In this document: in pieces, positions 20,036 to 29,762 of the stretch
Numbering within the stretch: position 1 is the stretch's first letter
How the letters are laid out: each line of letters starts with the position of its first letter
Assembly: GCA_046484865.1 (NCBI GenBank)
Contig: JAWOID010000138.1
Location: forward strand, 1-50,760
Direction: 5' to 3'
From: Candidatus Krumholzibacteriia bacterium
Lineage (GTDB): Bacteria > Krumholzibacteriota > Krumholzibacteriia > LZORAL124-64-63
Length of the DNA stretch: 50,760 nucleotides
Position numbers and translations under genes: made by a program
Notes under the pieces: generated by a model
Databases searched by the model: none
Seen by the model: the letters and a program-made list of their open reading frames with translations, nothing else
Told to the model about the DNA's origin: nothing

Positions 20036-21976
20036 ATGCTTCACCGTCTGCGCGACCTGCTCGTCTTCCGCCTGGAACGCTTCGTCATCGCTGGCTCGTT
20101 CAACCAGCTCGTGCTCGTTGCGATGGTGCTGCTGCTGGTCTCGCTGGCGGCAGGGGCGATCGTTTTCCTGGCGCTGCCCCGCTTCGACGATCTCGGCGAG
20201 TCGATCTGGTGGGGATTCCTGCGGCTCAGCGACCCCGGCTACCTGGGCGACGACGAGGGGACGGTGGCCCGCACGGTGTCGCTGATCGTGACCGTGCTCG
20301 GGTACGTGCTCTTCATGGGCGCGCTCGTGGCCATCCTGAACCAGGGACTCGGGCGACTCATGCGGCGGCTGGAGGCGGGCGCCACCCCCATCAGCATGAG
20401 CGGCCACGTGCTGATTCTCGGCTGGACCAACCGCACCACGAGCATCCTGCGCGAACTGCTCGTCAGCGGGAGCCGCGTGCGCCGCTTCCTGCACCGCGCC
20501 CGGGCCAGACGGCTGCGCATCGTCGTGCTGGCCGGGGAGGTGACCGGCGTTCTGGTCCACGACGCCAAGGAGGAGCTGGCCGGCCTCTGGGACGACCGGA
20601 CCATCGTGCTGCGCTCGGGCGACCCGCTGCGACCGGAGCACCTGGCGCGCACCGACTTCCTGCGCGCGGCGGCCATCGTGCTGCCCACCGGCGATTTCGC
20701 CCGTGCCGGCGCCGAGGCGCTGGACGCCCGCACCATCAAGACGGTGATGCTCATCGACGACGCGGTCCGGCGGGCCGGTCTGGCGCAAGCGCCGCCCATC
20801 ACGGCCGAGCTGTTCGACGAGCGCAAGCGACCGTTGCTGGCGGCGGCGTATTCCGGCGACATCGCGATCGTTCCCGGGGCCATGTTCCTCAGCCAGCTCA
20901 TCGCGCAGAACCTGCGGCATTCCGGGCTGTCGCACGTGTACCGGGAACTGCTGAGCTACGGCGAGGGCAACGAGATCTACGTGCGCGAGGCGCCGGAGCT
21001 GACGGGCGAGGCGGTCGGTGCGGCGGCCGGCCGATTCCCGCACGCGGTGCTGCTCGGCTTCCTGCGCCCGGAAGGCGAGCAGCTGACGCCGTACCTGAAC
21101 CCGCCCGCGGACATGACGCTGGCCGGCGGCGACCGCCTCGTGTTCGTCGCCGAGAACTTCGAGCGCACGGCCCCGGACGGCAAATCGAGCCTGGACGTGC
21201 TGCCTGCGTCGGTGGAGTCGCCGCGCGAGCCGCCGGTCCACCGGCGCATCCTGGCCCTGGGCTGGAGCCGCAAGCTGCCGGCCTTGCTGGCGGAGCTGGA
21301 AACCTACGCCGGCGAGCGCTACACCGTCGATGTCGTCTCGCTCATTCCGCAGGTTGAGCGCCAGGCTTTCATGCGCCGGTTCGCCAGCCGCGGCGCGGAG
21401 CGGGTGCAGGTGCACCATCTGGACGCCGATTTCACCTCGCCGAGCGACCTGGCCGCCGTGAACCCGCAGGGCTACGACAACGTCATCCTCTTCGCCAGCG
21501 ACCTGAAGAAGACCGACGAGGAGGCCGATGCGCGCTCGATCCTGGGCTACCTGGTCCTCGTCGAAGGGCTGCAGGGGAGCGAGCGGCCGCCCGACGTGCT
21601 CGTGGAACTCCTGGACGAGGACAACGCCGTGGCACTGGCCGGTCGGCCGGCGGAGGTGATCGTCACACCGACGATCGTCAGCCACATGCTGGCCCACGTG
21701 ACGCTGCGGCGCGATCTGTTGCTGATCTTCGAGGAACTGTTCACCGCGGGCGGGGCGGAGATCTTCTTCCGGGCGCCGGACATCTACGGGCTCGCAGGCG
21801 AGGAGCGGAGCTTCCGCGAGCTCGAGGAGGCGGTGCGGCGGCGAGGCGAGATCCTGGTGGGAATGAAGACGGGCGCCGCCCGGGCTGCGGACAGCGCCCT
21901 GCTCAATCCCCCCAAGGACAGCCGCTGGCGGCCCAGCGCCGCGGATCGCCTGATCGTGGTGGGGACTGGCCGCTAG
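20036..21976 (+). CDS. CASTOR/POLLUX/DMI1-like cation channel with two RCK-type domains
   Basis: TM-pore-TM with WWGFLRLSDPGYLGDD, followed by GHVLILGW (RCK1), GNEIY, RILALGWS (RCK2), GAEIFF and LNPPKD. Start could alternatively be 19961. Confidence 0.82.
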   Translation: MLHRLRDLLVFRLERFVIAGSFNQLVLVAMVLLLVSLAAGAIVFLALPRFDDLGESIWWGFLRLSDPGYLGDDEGTVARTVSLIVTVLGYVLFMGALVAILNQGLGRLMRRLEAGATPISMSGHVLILGWTNRTTSILRELLVSGSRVRRFLHRARARRLRIVVLAGEVTGVLVHDAKEELAGLWDDRTIVLRSGDPLRPEHLARTDFLRAAAIVLPTGDFARAGAEALDARTIKTVMLIDDAVRRAGLAQAPPITAELFDERKRPLLAAAYSGDIAIVPGAMFLSQLIAQNLRHSGLSHVYRELLSYGEGNEIYVREAPELTGEAVGAAAGRFPHAVLLGFLRPEGEQLTPYLNPPADMTLAGGDRLVFVAENFERTAPDGKSSLDVLPASVESPREPPVHRRILALGWSRKLPALLAELETYAGERYTVDVVSLIPQVERQAFMRRFASRGAERVQVHHLDADFTSPSDLAAVNPQGYDNVILFASDLKKTDEEADARSILGYLVLVEGLQGSERPPDVLVELLDEDNAVALAGRPAEVIVTPTIVSHMLAHVTLRRDLLLIFEELFTAGGAEIFFRAPDIYGLAGEERSFRELEEAVRRRGEILVGMKTGAARAADSALLNPPKDSRWRPSAADRLIVVGTGR

Positions 21977-22782
21977 CGCTCGCGGGAGTCCCGCACCGGC
22001 GCCGACCCGACCGGCACGAAGCTCGGATCTTCCCCGGCCAGACGCCCGGCAGGGACCGCCGCCTCGGCGACCGCGTCGCCGCGGCCGCCGCTGGCCACCT
22101 TCACGCTGGTGGATTCCAGCGGCAGGATCGTGCCCTCGACGAAGATCACGCCGTCGATGCGGCCCGGCGGGATGATGACGCCGTCCTCGGTCTGCCTGGG
22201 CCGGTAGAGGCGGCTGATCTCCGTGGGGTCGCCGGTCGTGGCCATCCGACCGCCCTCCGCTCCCGCGGAGCCCAGGGCAGGGTCGAACACGTGCAGGCGC
22301 TTCACCCGGACACCGCGCTCAGGATCGATCTCCGTCTCGATCCCGGTGAGCACGACCGCGTGGCCGGAGTCATCGCCGGAGTTGTACAGCAGGATGACGG
22401 GCTTGCGGCGCTGCAGGTGGTTGTAGAGCACCGTGGTGGCCGGAGCGCCGGGGACGAACTGGCCCGAGACCAGGACAGACTCGCCCGACATCGCCTCGAA
22501 CAGCCCGTTCGTGGAGTGGAGGAGGTCGTCGGGCAGACCGCCCAGGTTCACGTCGCCACCCATGGTCCGGGCGACGATCGACGCCTGCGGCAGCTCGATG
22601 CCCTCGTAGGAGAGCACCATCTCGATGCACGACGCCCAGCACCAGTTGGTGTGATGCTGCGGGCGGTAGTGAGCGGCGAATTCCTCATCGGGGATGCCGA
22701 CGAACATCGTCGCCCCGGCCGAAACCGTGGCGAAAAGCAGGGAAGCGAGCAACCCCATGCCGATCTTGCGTGGACGATCCAT
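21973..22782 (-). CDS. Secreted papain-fold cysteine protease (C39-like / AvrRpt2-like)
   Basis: Signal peptide; Q-HHTNWCWASC (oxyanion Gln and catalytic Cys), GHAVVLTG (His), FDP (Asp). Confidence 0.75.
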   Translation of the reverse strand: MDRPRKIGMGLLASLLFATVSAGATMFVGIPDEEFAAHYRPQHHTNWCWASCIEMVLSYEGIELPQASIVARTMGGDVNLGGLPDDLLHSTNGLFEAMSGESVLVSGQFVPGAPATTVLYNHLQRRKPVILLYNSGDDSGHAVVLTGIETEIDPERGVRVKRLHVFDPALGSAGAEGGRMATTGDPTEISRLYRPRQTEDGVIIPPGRIDGVIFVEGTILPLESTSVKVASGGRGDAVAEAAVPAGRLAGEDPSFVPVGSAPVRDSRER

Positions 22783-23121
22783 GTCCCTACCCTTCCGCTT
22801 CCCCCAATGGTTGGAGCACCTCGCCGGGCCGTTCCGCCTTGAACCGTCCCGTCGAGCACCCCCTCCGGCAAGCAACCCCTATTCCCGTTTCGAAGATACG
22901 GAGACATGCGCAGGGTTAGCAAGGATAAATATGGGATTATCCCCTAGGGATTGTAGGGGGATCCTCTGGCGTCACGATGGCGAAATCTGCAGGCCGCCGC
23001 ACGGGTGGGTTTTGCGTAATGATAATTTTTTTAAGGCTAGAGATGAGCAGGACAGGCCAGGAGCGGCAACTCTGGCGCTATCGGACGGTGCCGGGCAGCA
23101 GATGAGCCGTCGGCCGACAGG

Positions 23122-23529
23122 CTAGCGGGCACGCCTGCGGGGCGGGCGCGCTGCATCGAGACTCCACGGTCCGGGCCCCGCCGCCGCCAGATACAGGAAG
23201 ACGAAGCAGTAGAGAACGGCGGGTTCGCCGCCGTTGACGACCGGCCAGAACCCTCGCGGCGCATGCTGCATGAAGTAGGCGAACGCCATCAGGCCGGACA
23301 GGATGAACGCCACCGGACGGGTGATCAGTCCGACGAGCAGCAGCAGCCCGCCGAAGAACTCCAGGATGCCGGCAACGCCCATCAGCGACAGGAGTTCGAC
23401 GGGCTCGCGGGCCTCGGCGGCCGGGACGCCGAACAGCTTCTGGGACCCGTGCTGCATGAAGACGAACGCGACCACGATGCGCAGGATGCTCAACAGATAG
23501 GGCGCCCAGTGCGCGAACCTCGCTGCCAT
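23122..23529 (-). CDS. DoxX family membrane protein
   Basis: LRIV.AF.F.QHGSQKLFG, AGILEFFGGLLL.VGL.TRP.AFILSG.MA.AYF..H, NGGE.A.LYCF, GPGPWSLD. Confidence 0.92.
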   Translation of the reverse strand: MAARFAHWAPYLLSILRIVVAFVFMQHGSQKLFGVPAAEAREPVELLSLMGVAGILEFFGGLLLLVGLITRPVAFILSGLMAFAYFMQHAPRGFWPVVNGGEPAVLYCFVFLYLAAAGPGPWSLDAARPPRRRAR

Positions 23530-23653
23530 GCCCGGTCTCCTCGCGTGCGAGTTGAAGGCAGCCGACACCGCGGCCGGCTCTGCTGCGTTCAGACAAGTTA
23601 CGAGTCACGGCATCGCGTCCGCCACCTCCGGCCGAAGCAGGCGCGAGGGGCAG

Positions 23654-23682
23654 TTGCGCCAGCCGACCCGGGCGGGTAAGGT
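23654..23682 (+). promoter_or_regulatory. Candidate sigma70 promoter of the aminotransferase operon
   Basis: TTGCGC (23654-59)-N17-TAAGGT (23677-82), ~90 nt upstream of GTG 23771. Confidence 0.35.
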
Positions 23683-23770
23683 GCCGACAGAGGGTCGGAA
23701 TGCCTCGCCGGGGCTGCGGAACGCGCGCGGACCAAGGCCGGGCACCAGCGCAACCTGAAGGCGGGCAACC

Positions 23771-25537
23771 GTGTCTCTGAAGAAGGTCGGCAATCGCTCT
23801 CCCCGGTCGGTGGACGGCATCGACAGTGCCACTCCTCCGGTGGAGGGCATCCCCGGCACGGGCAAGTCGGCCCTGTTCTACCAGGACAGCAGCCGGTTGC
23901 CCACGGTCAGCCACGGCGACGGCATCTTCATTTACGATGAGGAGGGCAAGCAATATCTGGACGGCTGCAGCGGCGCCGTCTCGGCGAACCTGGGTCACCG
24001 GCACCCTCGCATGCTGCGCGCCGCCACCGAACAGCTCGACCGGATCGCGTTCACCTACCGCACGCAATTCGAGAACCGGCCGGCCAACGAGCTGGCCGAC
24101 CTGCTGACGCGGCTGTCTCCCCCGGAACTGAGCCGGGTCTTCTTCGTGAACTCGGGCTCGGAGGCGGTGGAAGCGGCCATGAAGCTGGCGCGGCAGTTCT
24201 GGTGGGCCAGCGGACAGAACGGCAAGACGGAGATCATCTCCCGGCGACCGTCGTATCACGGCGCCACCCTGGGGGCGCTGAGCGCCACCGGGTACGCGCC
24301 CTTGAACATCCCCTTCCGCCCCATGATGATCCACTTCCCCAAGGTGGCCGCCGCGTTCTGTTACCACTGCCCGCTGAAGCTGGAGTACCCCTCCTGCGGC
24401 ATCGCCTGCGCCGAGGAACTGGACGAGCAGATCCGGCTCATCGGCGCCGAGAACATCGCCGCGTTCGTCACCGAGCCCATCGGCGGCTCGGCCACGGGGG
24501 CAGCGGTGCCGCCGGACCGGTACTTCGCCTACGTCGAGCAGATCTGTCACGAGCATCAGATCCTCCTGATCATCGACGACGTGATGACCGGCTGCGGCCG
24601 CACCGGCACCTTCTATGGCTACGAGCACTGGGACATCACGCCGGATATCGTCTGCTGCTCCAAGGGGCTGTCCGCCGGCTACGCGCCCATCGGCGCGATC
24701 ATCGCCAGCGACAGCGTCGTGGAACCGGTGCTCGAGCGCGGCGGCTTCATGCACGGCCACACCTACTCGGGCAATCCGCTGAGCTGCGCCATCACCCTGG
24801 AGGCGGTGCGCACGATCCTCGACGACGGACTGGTGGAGAACGCCCGCGAGGTGGGGACCTACCTGCACACGCAGCTGCACGGGCTCAAGGACCGGTACGC
24901 CGTCGTCGGCGACGTGCGCGGACGCGGGCTGATGGCGGGCCTGGAGTTCGTGCGCAGCCGCGCGCAGCGGACGCCGTTCCCCGCCTCGTGGTTCGTGGCC
25001 CTGGAGGCCACCGAGATCGCGCGCGAGCGCGGGCTGCTCATCTACCCGCGCCGTTCCCTCAGCGGGCTGAACGGTGATCACGTGCTGGTGGCGCCGCCCC
25101 TGATCATCGACCGCGCCGGCGTGGACGAGCTGATCGACCGCCTCGACGCCACGCTCTCCGACCTCACCGGGATGCTGGCCGTCCACCTGCGCGACGAGGT
25201 GTACGACGACACCACCGTCCAGCGATTCCAGCAGTCGGAGGAGGTGCCCGAGTACGCCCGCGGCATCATCGAGCAGGACGAGCCGGTGGTGGCCGCCGAC
25301 GCGAACGTGACCGGCGCCATGTCGCACGACATCCTGGATCTGGAAGGGACGATCGAGCGGGTTCCGGGTGAACCCGGCGAAGGAGTTCAGGGCGGCGAGG
25401 GCGGCGAGGGCGGTGAGAGCGGTGAGAGCGGCGATGGCGGCGATGGCGGCCAGGGCCGCGCCGGCGGCCAGGGCGGCAACGGCAGCCACGGCGGGAATGG
25501 CGGCGAAACTCCGGGTCGCGGAAAGGAAGGACGTTGA
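23771..25537 (+). CDS. Class III PLP aminotransferase (YodT-like) with acidic/Gly-rich C-terminal extension
   Basis: YLDGCSGA, NSGSEAVEAAMKLARQ, SYHGATLGALS, IIDDVMTGCGRTG, SKGLSAGYAP, HGHTYSGNP. Confidence 0.9.
   Translation: MSLKKVGNRSPRSVDGIDSATPPVEGIPGTGKSALFYQDSSRLPTVSHGDGIFIYDEEGKQYLDGCSGAVSANLGHRHPRMLRAATEQLDRIAFTYRTQFENRPANELADLLTRLSPPELSRVFFVNSGSEAVEAAMKLARQFWWASGQNGKTEIISRRPSYHGATLGALSATGYAPLNIPFRPMMIHFPKVAAAFCYHCPLKLEYPSCGIACAEELDEQIRLIGAENIAAFVTEPIGGSATGAAVPPDRYFAYVEQICHEHQILLIIDDVMTGCGRTGTFYGYEHWDITPDIVCCSKGLSAGYAPIGAIIASDSVVEPVLERGGFMHGHTYSGNPLSCAITLEAVRTILDDGLVENAREVGTYLHTQLHGLKDRYAVVGDVRGRGLMAGLEFVRSRAQRTPFPASWFVALEATEIARERGLLIYPRRSLSGLNGDHVLVAPPLIIDRAGVDELIDRLDATLSDLTGMLAVHLRDEVYDDTTVQRFQQSEEVPEYARGIIEQDEPVVAADANVTGAMSHDILDLEGTIERVPGEPGEGVQGGEGGEGGESGESGDGGDGGQGRAGGQGGNGSHGGNGGETPGRGKEGR
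25391..25507 (+). repeat. In-frame 9-bp degenerate tandem repeat, 13 copies, encoding (G/S)G-X
   Basis: ggcggcgag ggcggcgag ggcggtgag agcggtgag agcggcgat ggcggcgat ggcggccag ... ggcggcgaa. Confidence 0.85.
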
Positions 25538-26226
25538 TCGACCGCGTGCTCGCGCTCGATGAGGCGGTGGCGCGATACCTGCGCTCCGGCCAGACGGTGA
25601 TGGTCGGCGGCTTCGGCCGCGGCGGGGTGCCGTTCTCCATCCTGGAGTTCATGGCGGACAATCCCGACCGTCTTCGCGATCTCGTTCTGGTGAAGAACGA
25701 CGCCAGCGAGCCCCACCTGGGCGTGGGGCCCCTGTTCGAGCACGGCATGGTGCGGCGGCTCGTCGCCACGCACCTGGGACTGAACCCCGATTTCGTCGAT
25801 CGTATGAACCGCGGCGAGATCGCCTGCGAGCTGGTGCCCCAGGGCATCTTCGCCGAGCGCATCCGCGCCGGCGGCGCCGGCATTCCGGCCATCCTCACCG
25901 ACATCGGCATCGGCACCGAGATCGCCGGCGACAAGGCCACCGTGCAGCTGGACGGACGGCCGTACCTGCTCGAGCGGGCGCTGCGCGGCGACGTGGCGCT
26001 GGTGTGCGCCGACGTCGTCGACCGGTCGGGAAACTGCTGGTGGCGCGGATCGAACCGCAACATGTGCGTGGTCATGGCCACCGCCTGCGATCGCGTGATC
26101 GCGGAAGCGCGCGAGATCGTGGCCGTCGGCACCATCCGTCCCGAGGACGTGCACCTGCCGGGGCTGTTCGTGGACGCGGTGGTGCAGGCCCGGCCGCGAC
26201 GGCACGAGGAGGCGTCCGATGGGTGA
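25534..26226 (+). CDS. Family I CoA-transferase subunit A (AtoD/YodS-like)
   Basis: VMVGGFG..G.P, ELVPQGIFAERIRAGGAGIPAILT..G.GT, GN....G..RN, HLPGLFVD. TTG start overlaps the upstream TGA. Confidence 0.92.
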   Translation: MIDRVLALDEAVARYLRSGQTVMVGGFGRGGVPFSILEFMADNPDRLRDLVLVKNDASEPHLGVGPLFEHGMVRRLVATHLGLNPDFVDRMNRGEIACELVPQGIFAERIRAGGAGIPAILTDIGIGTEIAGDKATVQLDGRPYLLERALRGDVALVCADVVDRSGNCWWRGSNRNMCVVMATACDRVIAEAREIVAVGTIRPEDVHLPGLFVDAVVQARPRRHEEASDG

Positions 26227-26947
26227 GAGGCGGCTCGGCGCGGCCGAGGAGGTGATCGTCCGCCGGGCGGCGCGCGAGCTGCGCAGCGGCATGGTCGTGA
26301 ACCTGGGCATCGGCCTGCCGACGTTCGTCCCGCGCTACCTGCCGGACGGCGTCGACGTCGCCTTCCACTCCGAGAACGGCTTCGTCGGCATGGGGCCGCC
26401 ACTGGAGGGCGGCACGCCCGACCACGAGGTCATCGACGCCGGCGGGCGCGCCTGCACCGTGTCGCCGGGCGCGGCGTTCTTCGACAGCCTGCTCTCGTTC
26501 GCCATCGTGCGCGGCGGCAACCTGGACGTGGCGGTGCTGGGCGCCTTCGAGGTGAGCCTGGCCGGCGACCTGGCGAACTGGAAGATCCCCGGCAGGCTCA
26601 CCCCCGGCATGGGCGGCGCGATGGAGCTGGCGCAGAAGGCGAACTGCGTGCTGGTGGTGAGCCGTCATCTCGACAAGCGGGGGCGCGGAAAGATCGTCGC
26701 CGAGTGCTCGCTGCCGCTGACGGCGCCGCGCTGCGTGGACGTGCTGGTCACCGAGCGGGCGGTGTTCCGCAGGCGCGCGACCGAACTCGCCGGCGGCGAG
26801 GCCACAATCACGCCGGCCGGCGGCGTCCGCCCGCCGGGGCGCCTGCAGCTGGTCAGCGTCCATCCGGAGCACACGGTGGATTCGGCGCGCGAGGGATGCC
26901 CGCCGCAGCTGGAGGTCGCCGACGAGCTGGAACCGTGGGAGGCGTGA
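26219..26947 (+). CDS. Family I CoA-transferase subunit B (AtoA/YodR-like)
   Basis: VNLGIGLPT, HSENG (catalytic Glu), GDLANWKIPG, GMGGAMEL, KIV.ECSLPLT. Confidence 0.93.
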   Translation: MGERRLGAAEEVIVRRAARELRSGMVVNLGIGLPTFVPRYLPDGVDVAFHSENGFVGMGPPLEGGTPDHEVIDAGGRACTVSPGAAFFDSLLSFAIVRGGNLDVAVLGAFEVSLAGDLANWKIPGRLTPGMGGAMELAQKANCVLVVSRHLDKRGRGKIVAECSLPLTAPRCVDVLVTERAVFRRRATELAGGEATITPAGGVRPPGRLQLVSVHPEHTVDSAREGCPPQLEVADELEPWEA

Positions 26948-26951
26948 GCGG

Positions 26952-28253
<1,302 letters not shown>

Positions 28254-28309
28254 TCTCTCGCCGGAGGACGCCCGGAAGCAGCGAGGAACGGAAGCAGAGG
28301 GGATCCGAG

Positions 28310-29614
28310 ATGAACGTCGGCCAGGCAGACCACGACCGCCTCCTCGCCCGCCGCGAACGAGCCGTCCCGCGCGGTCCGTTCAACGTGCATCCGCTGTTCG
28401 CCGCGCGGGCGGCCGGGGCGCGGCTGTGGGACGTGACCGGCCGCGAGTACCTCGATTTCTGCGGCGGTATCGGCGTCCTGAACGTGGGGCACAACCACCC
28501 GCGCGTGGTCGAGGCCGTCCGACGGCAGAGCGAGCGGCTGGTGCACAGCTGCTGGCACGTCGCGATGTACGAACCGTACGTGCAGCTCGCCGAGCGGCTG
28601 AACGCCCTGGCGCCCGTCCCGGCGCCGGCCAAGACGGCGTTCTTCACCAGCGGCGCCGAGGCGGGTGAGAACGCCGTGAAGGTCGCCCGCGCCGCCACCG
28701 GTCGCGCGGCCGTGGTCTGCTTCGAGCGGGGCTTCCACGGGCGCACCTTGCTGGGCATGACGATGACCGGAAAGGTGCGGCCGTACACGGCCGGCTTCGG
28801 TCCCTTCGCGCCCGAGGTCTACCGGCTGCCGTGGGTACCGTTCTTCAGGCCGGCGCGTCCCGACGACGACGACGCCGTCCGGGCCGGCGTCGATACCGCT
28901 CTCGCCATGCTGTTCGCGTACCACGTGGAACCCGCTGTGGTGGCCTGCGTGATCATGGAGCCGGTTCTGGGCGAGGGCGGCTTCTACCCCGCGCACCCGG
29001 TGGCCGCGCAACGACTGCGCGAGGTCTGCCGCGAGCACGGCATCGTCTTCGCCGGCGACGAGGTGCAGAGCGGCTTCGCCCGCTGCGGAGCCATGTTCGG
29101 GTGCGAGCGGCTGAAACTCGACCCGGATCTCGTGCTCACCGCCAAGTCGCTCGCCGGCGGGCTTCCCCTGAGCGCCGTCACCGGTCGCGCCGACCTGATG
29201 GACGCCCCCGGCGTGGGCGGCATCGGCGGCACCTTCGGCGGCAATCCCGTGGCCTGCGCCGCGGGGCTGGCGGTGCTCGACGTGATCGACGAGGAGGGGC
29301 TCGTGGAGCGGGCCCGCCGCATCGGCGCCCGCGTGATGAAGGCGTTCGGCGACTGGCAGGCCGCGCATGCTCACGTGGCCGGTGCCCGCGGGCTCGGGGC
29401 CATGTGCGGCCTCGACGTCGTCGATCCCGCCACCGCCGGGCCCGACCCCGAGCGCGCCGCACGCCTCACCACCGCCGCACGCGAGCGGGGGCTGCTGATC
29501 ATGACCGCCAGCGGCAACGTGCTCCGTACCCTGATGCCGCTGGTGATCAGCGACGAGGAACTGGAGCGAGGACTGGAGTCGCTGGACGGGGCGATCGGCA
29601 GCACCGGCGATTGA
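28310..29614 (+). CDS. gabT: 4-aminobutyrate/5-aminovalerate aminotransferase
   Basis: YLDFCGGIGVLNVGHNHP, SGAEAGENAVK.AR, FHGRTLLGM..TGKV.PY..GFGPF, DEVQSGF.R, AKSLAGGLPLS. Confidence 0.85.
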   Translation: MNVGQADHDRLLARRERAVPRGPFNVHPLFAARAAGARLWDVTGREYLDFCGGIGVLNVGHNHPRVVEAVRRQSERLVHSCWHVAMYEPYVQLAERLNALAPVPAPAKTAFFTSGAEAGENAVKVARAATGRAAVVCFERGFHGRTLLGMTMTGKVRPYTAGFGPFAPEVYRLPWVPFFRPARPDDDDAVRAGVDTALAMLFAYHVEPAVVACVIMEPVLGEGGFYPAHPVAAQRLREVCREHGIVFAGDEVQSGFARCGAMFGCERLKLDPDLVLTAKSLAGGLPLSAVTGRADLMDAPGVGGIGGTFGGNPVACAAGLAVLDVIDEEGLVERARRIGARVMKAFGDWQAAHAHVAGARGLGAMCGLDVVDPATAGPDPERAARLTTAARERGLLIMTASGNVLRTLMPLVISDEELERGLESLDGAIGSTGD

Positions 29615-29762
29615 ATGACAGGTCGGTCCGAGGGACACGCTTTGCGGCACCCGCGCCACGGCCGCTCATGAATGCGGGCTAGTGGAAACACCAGGTTGAG
29701 CGCCGGCCGGAACATGGTATTCTCATTGCGGGACCCCACTCCCGACAGAAAGCGAAGACGAC

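Noticed and set aside
23640..23770. Possible lysine or other riboswitch ahead of the aminotransferase operon (CCGACCC...GGGTCGG stem)
   Set aside because: The region is too short, no conserved riboswitch motifs are recognisable, and the stem overlaps the candidate promoter. An Rfam/Infernal scan would settle it.
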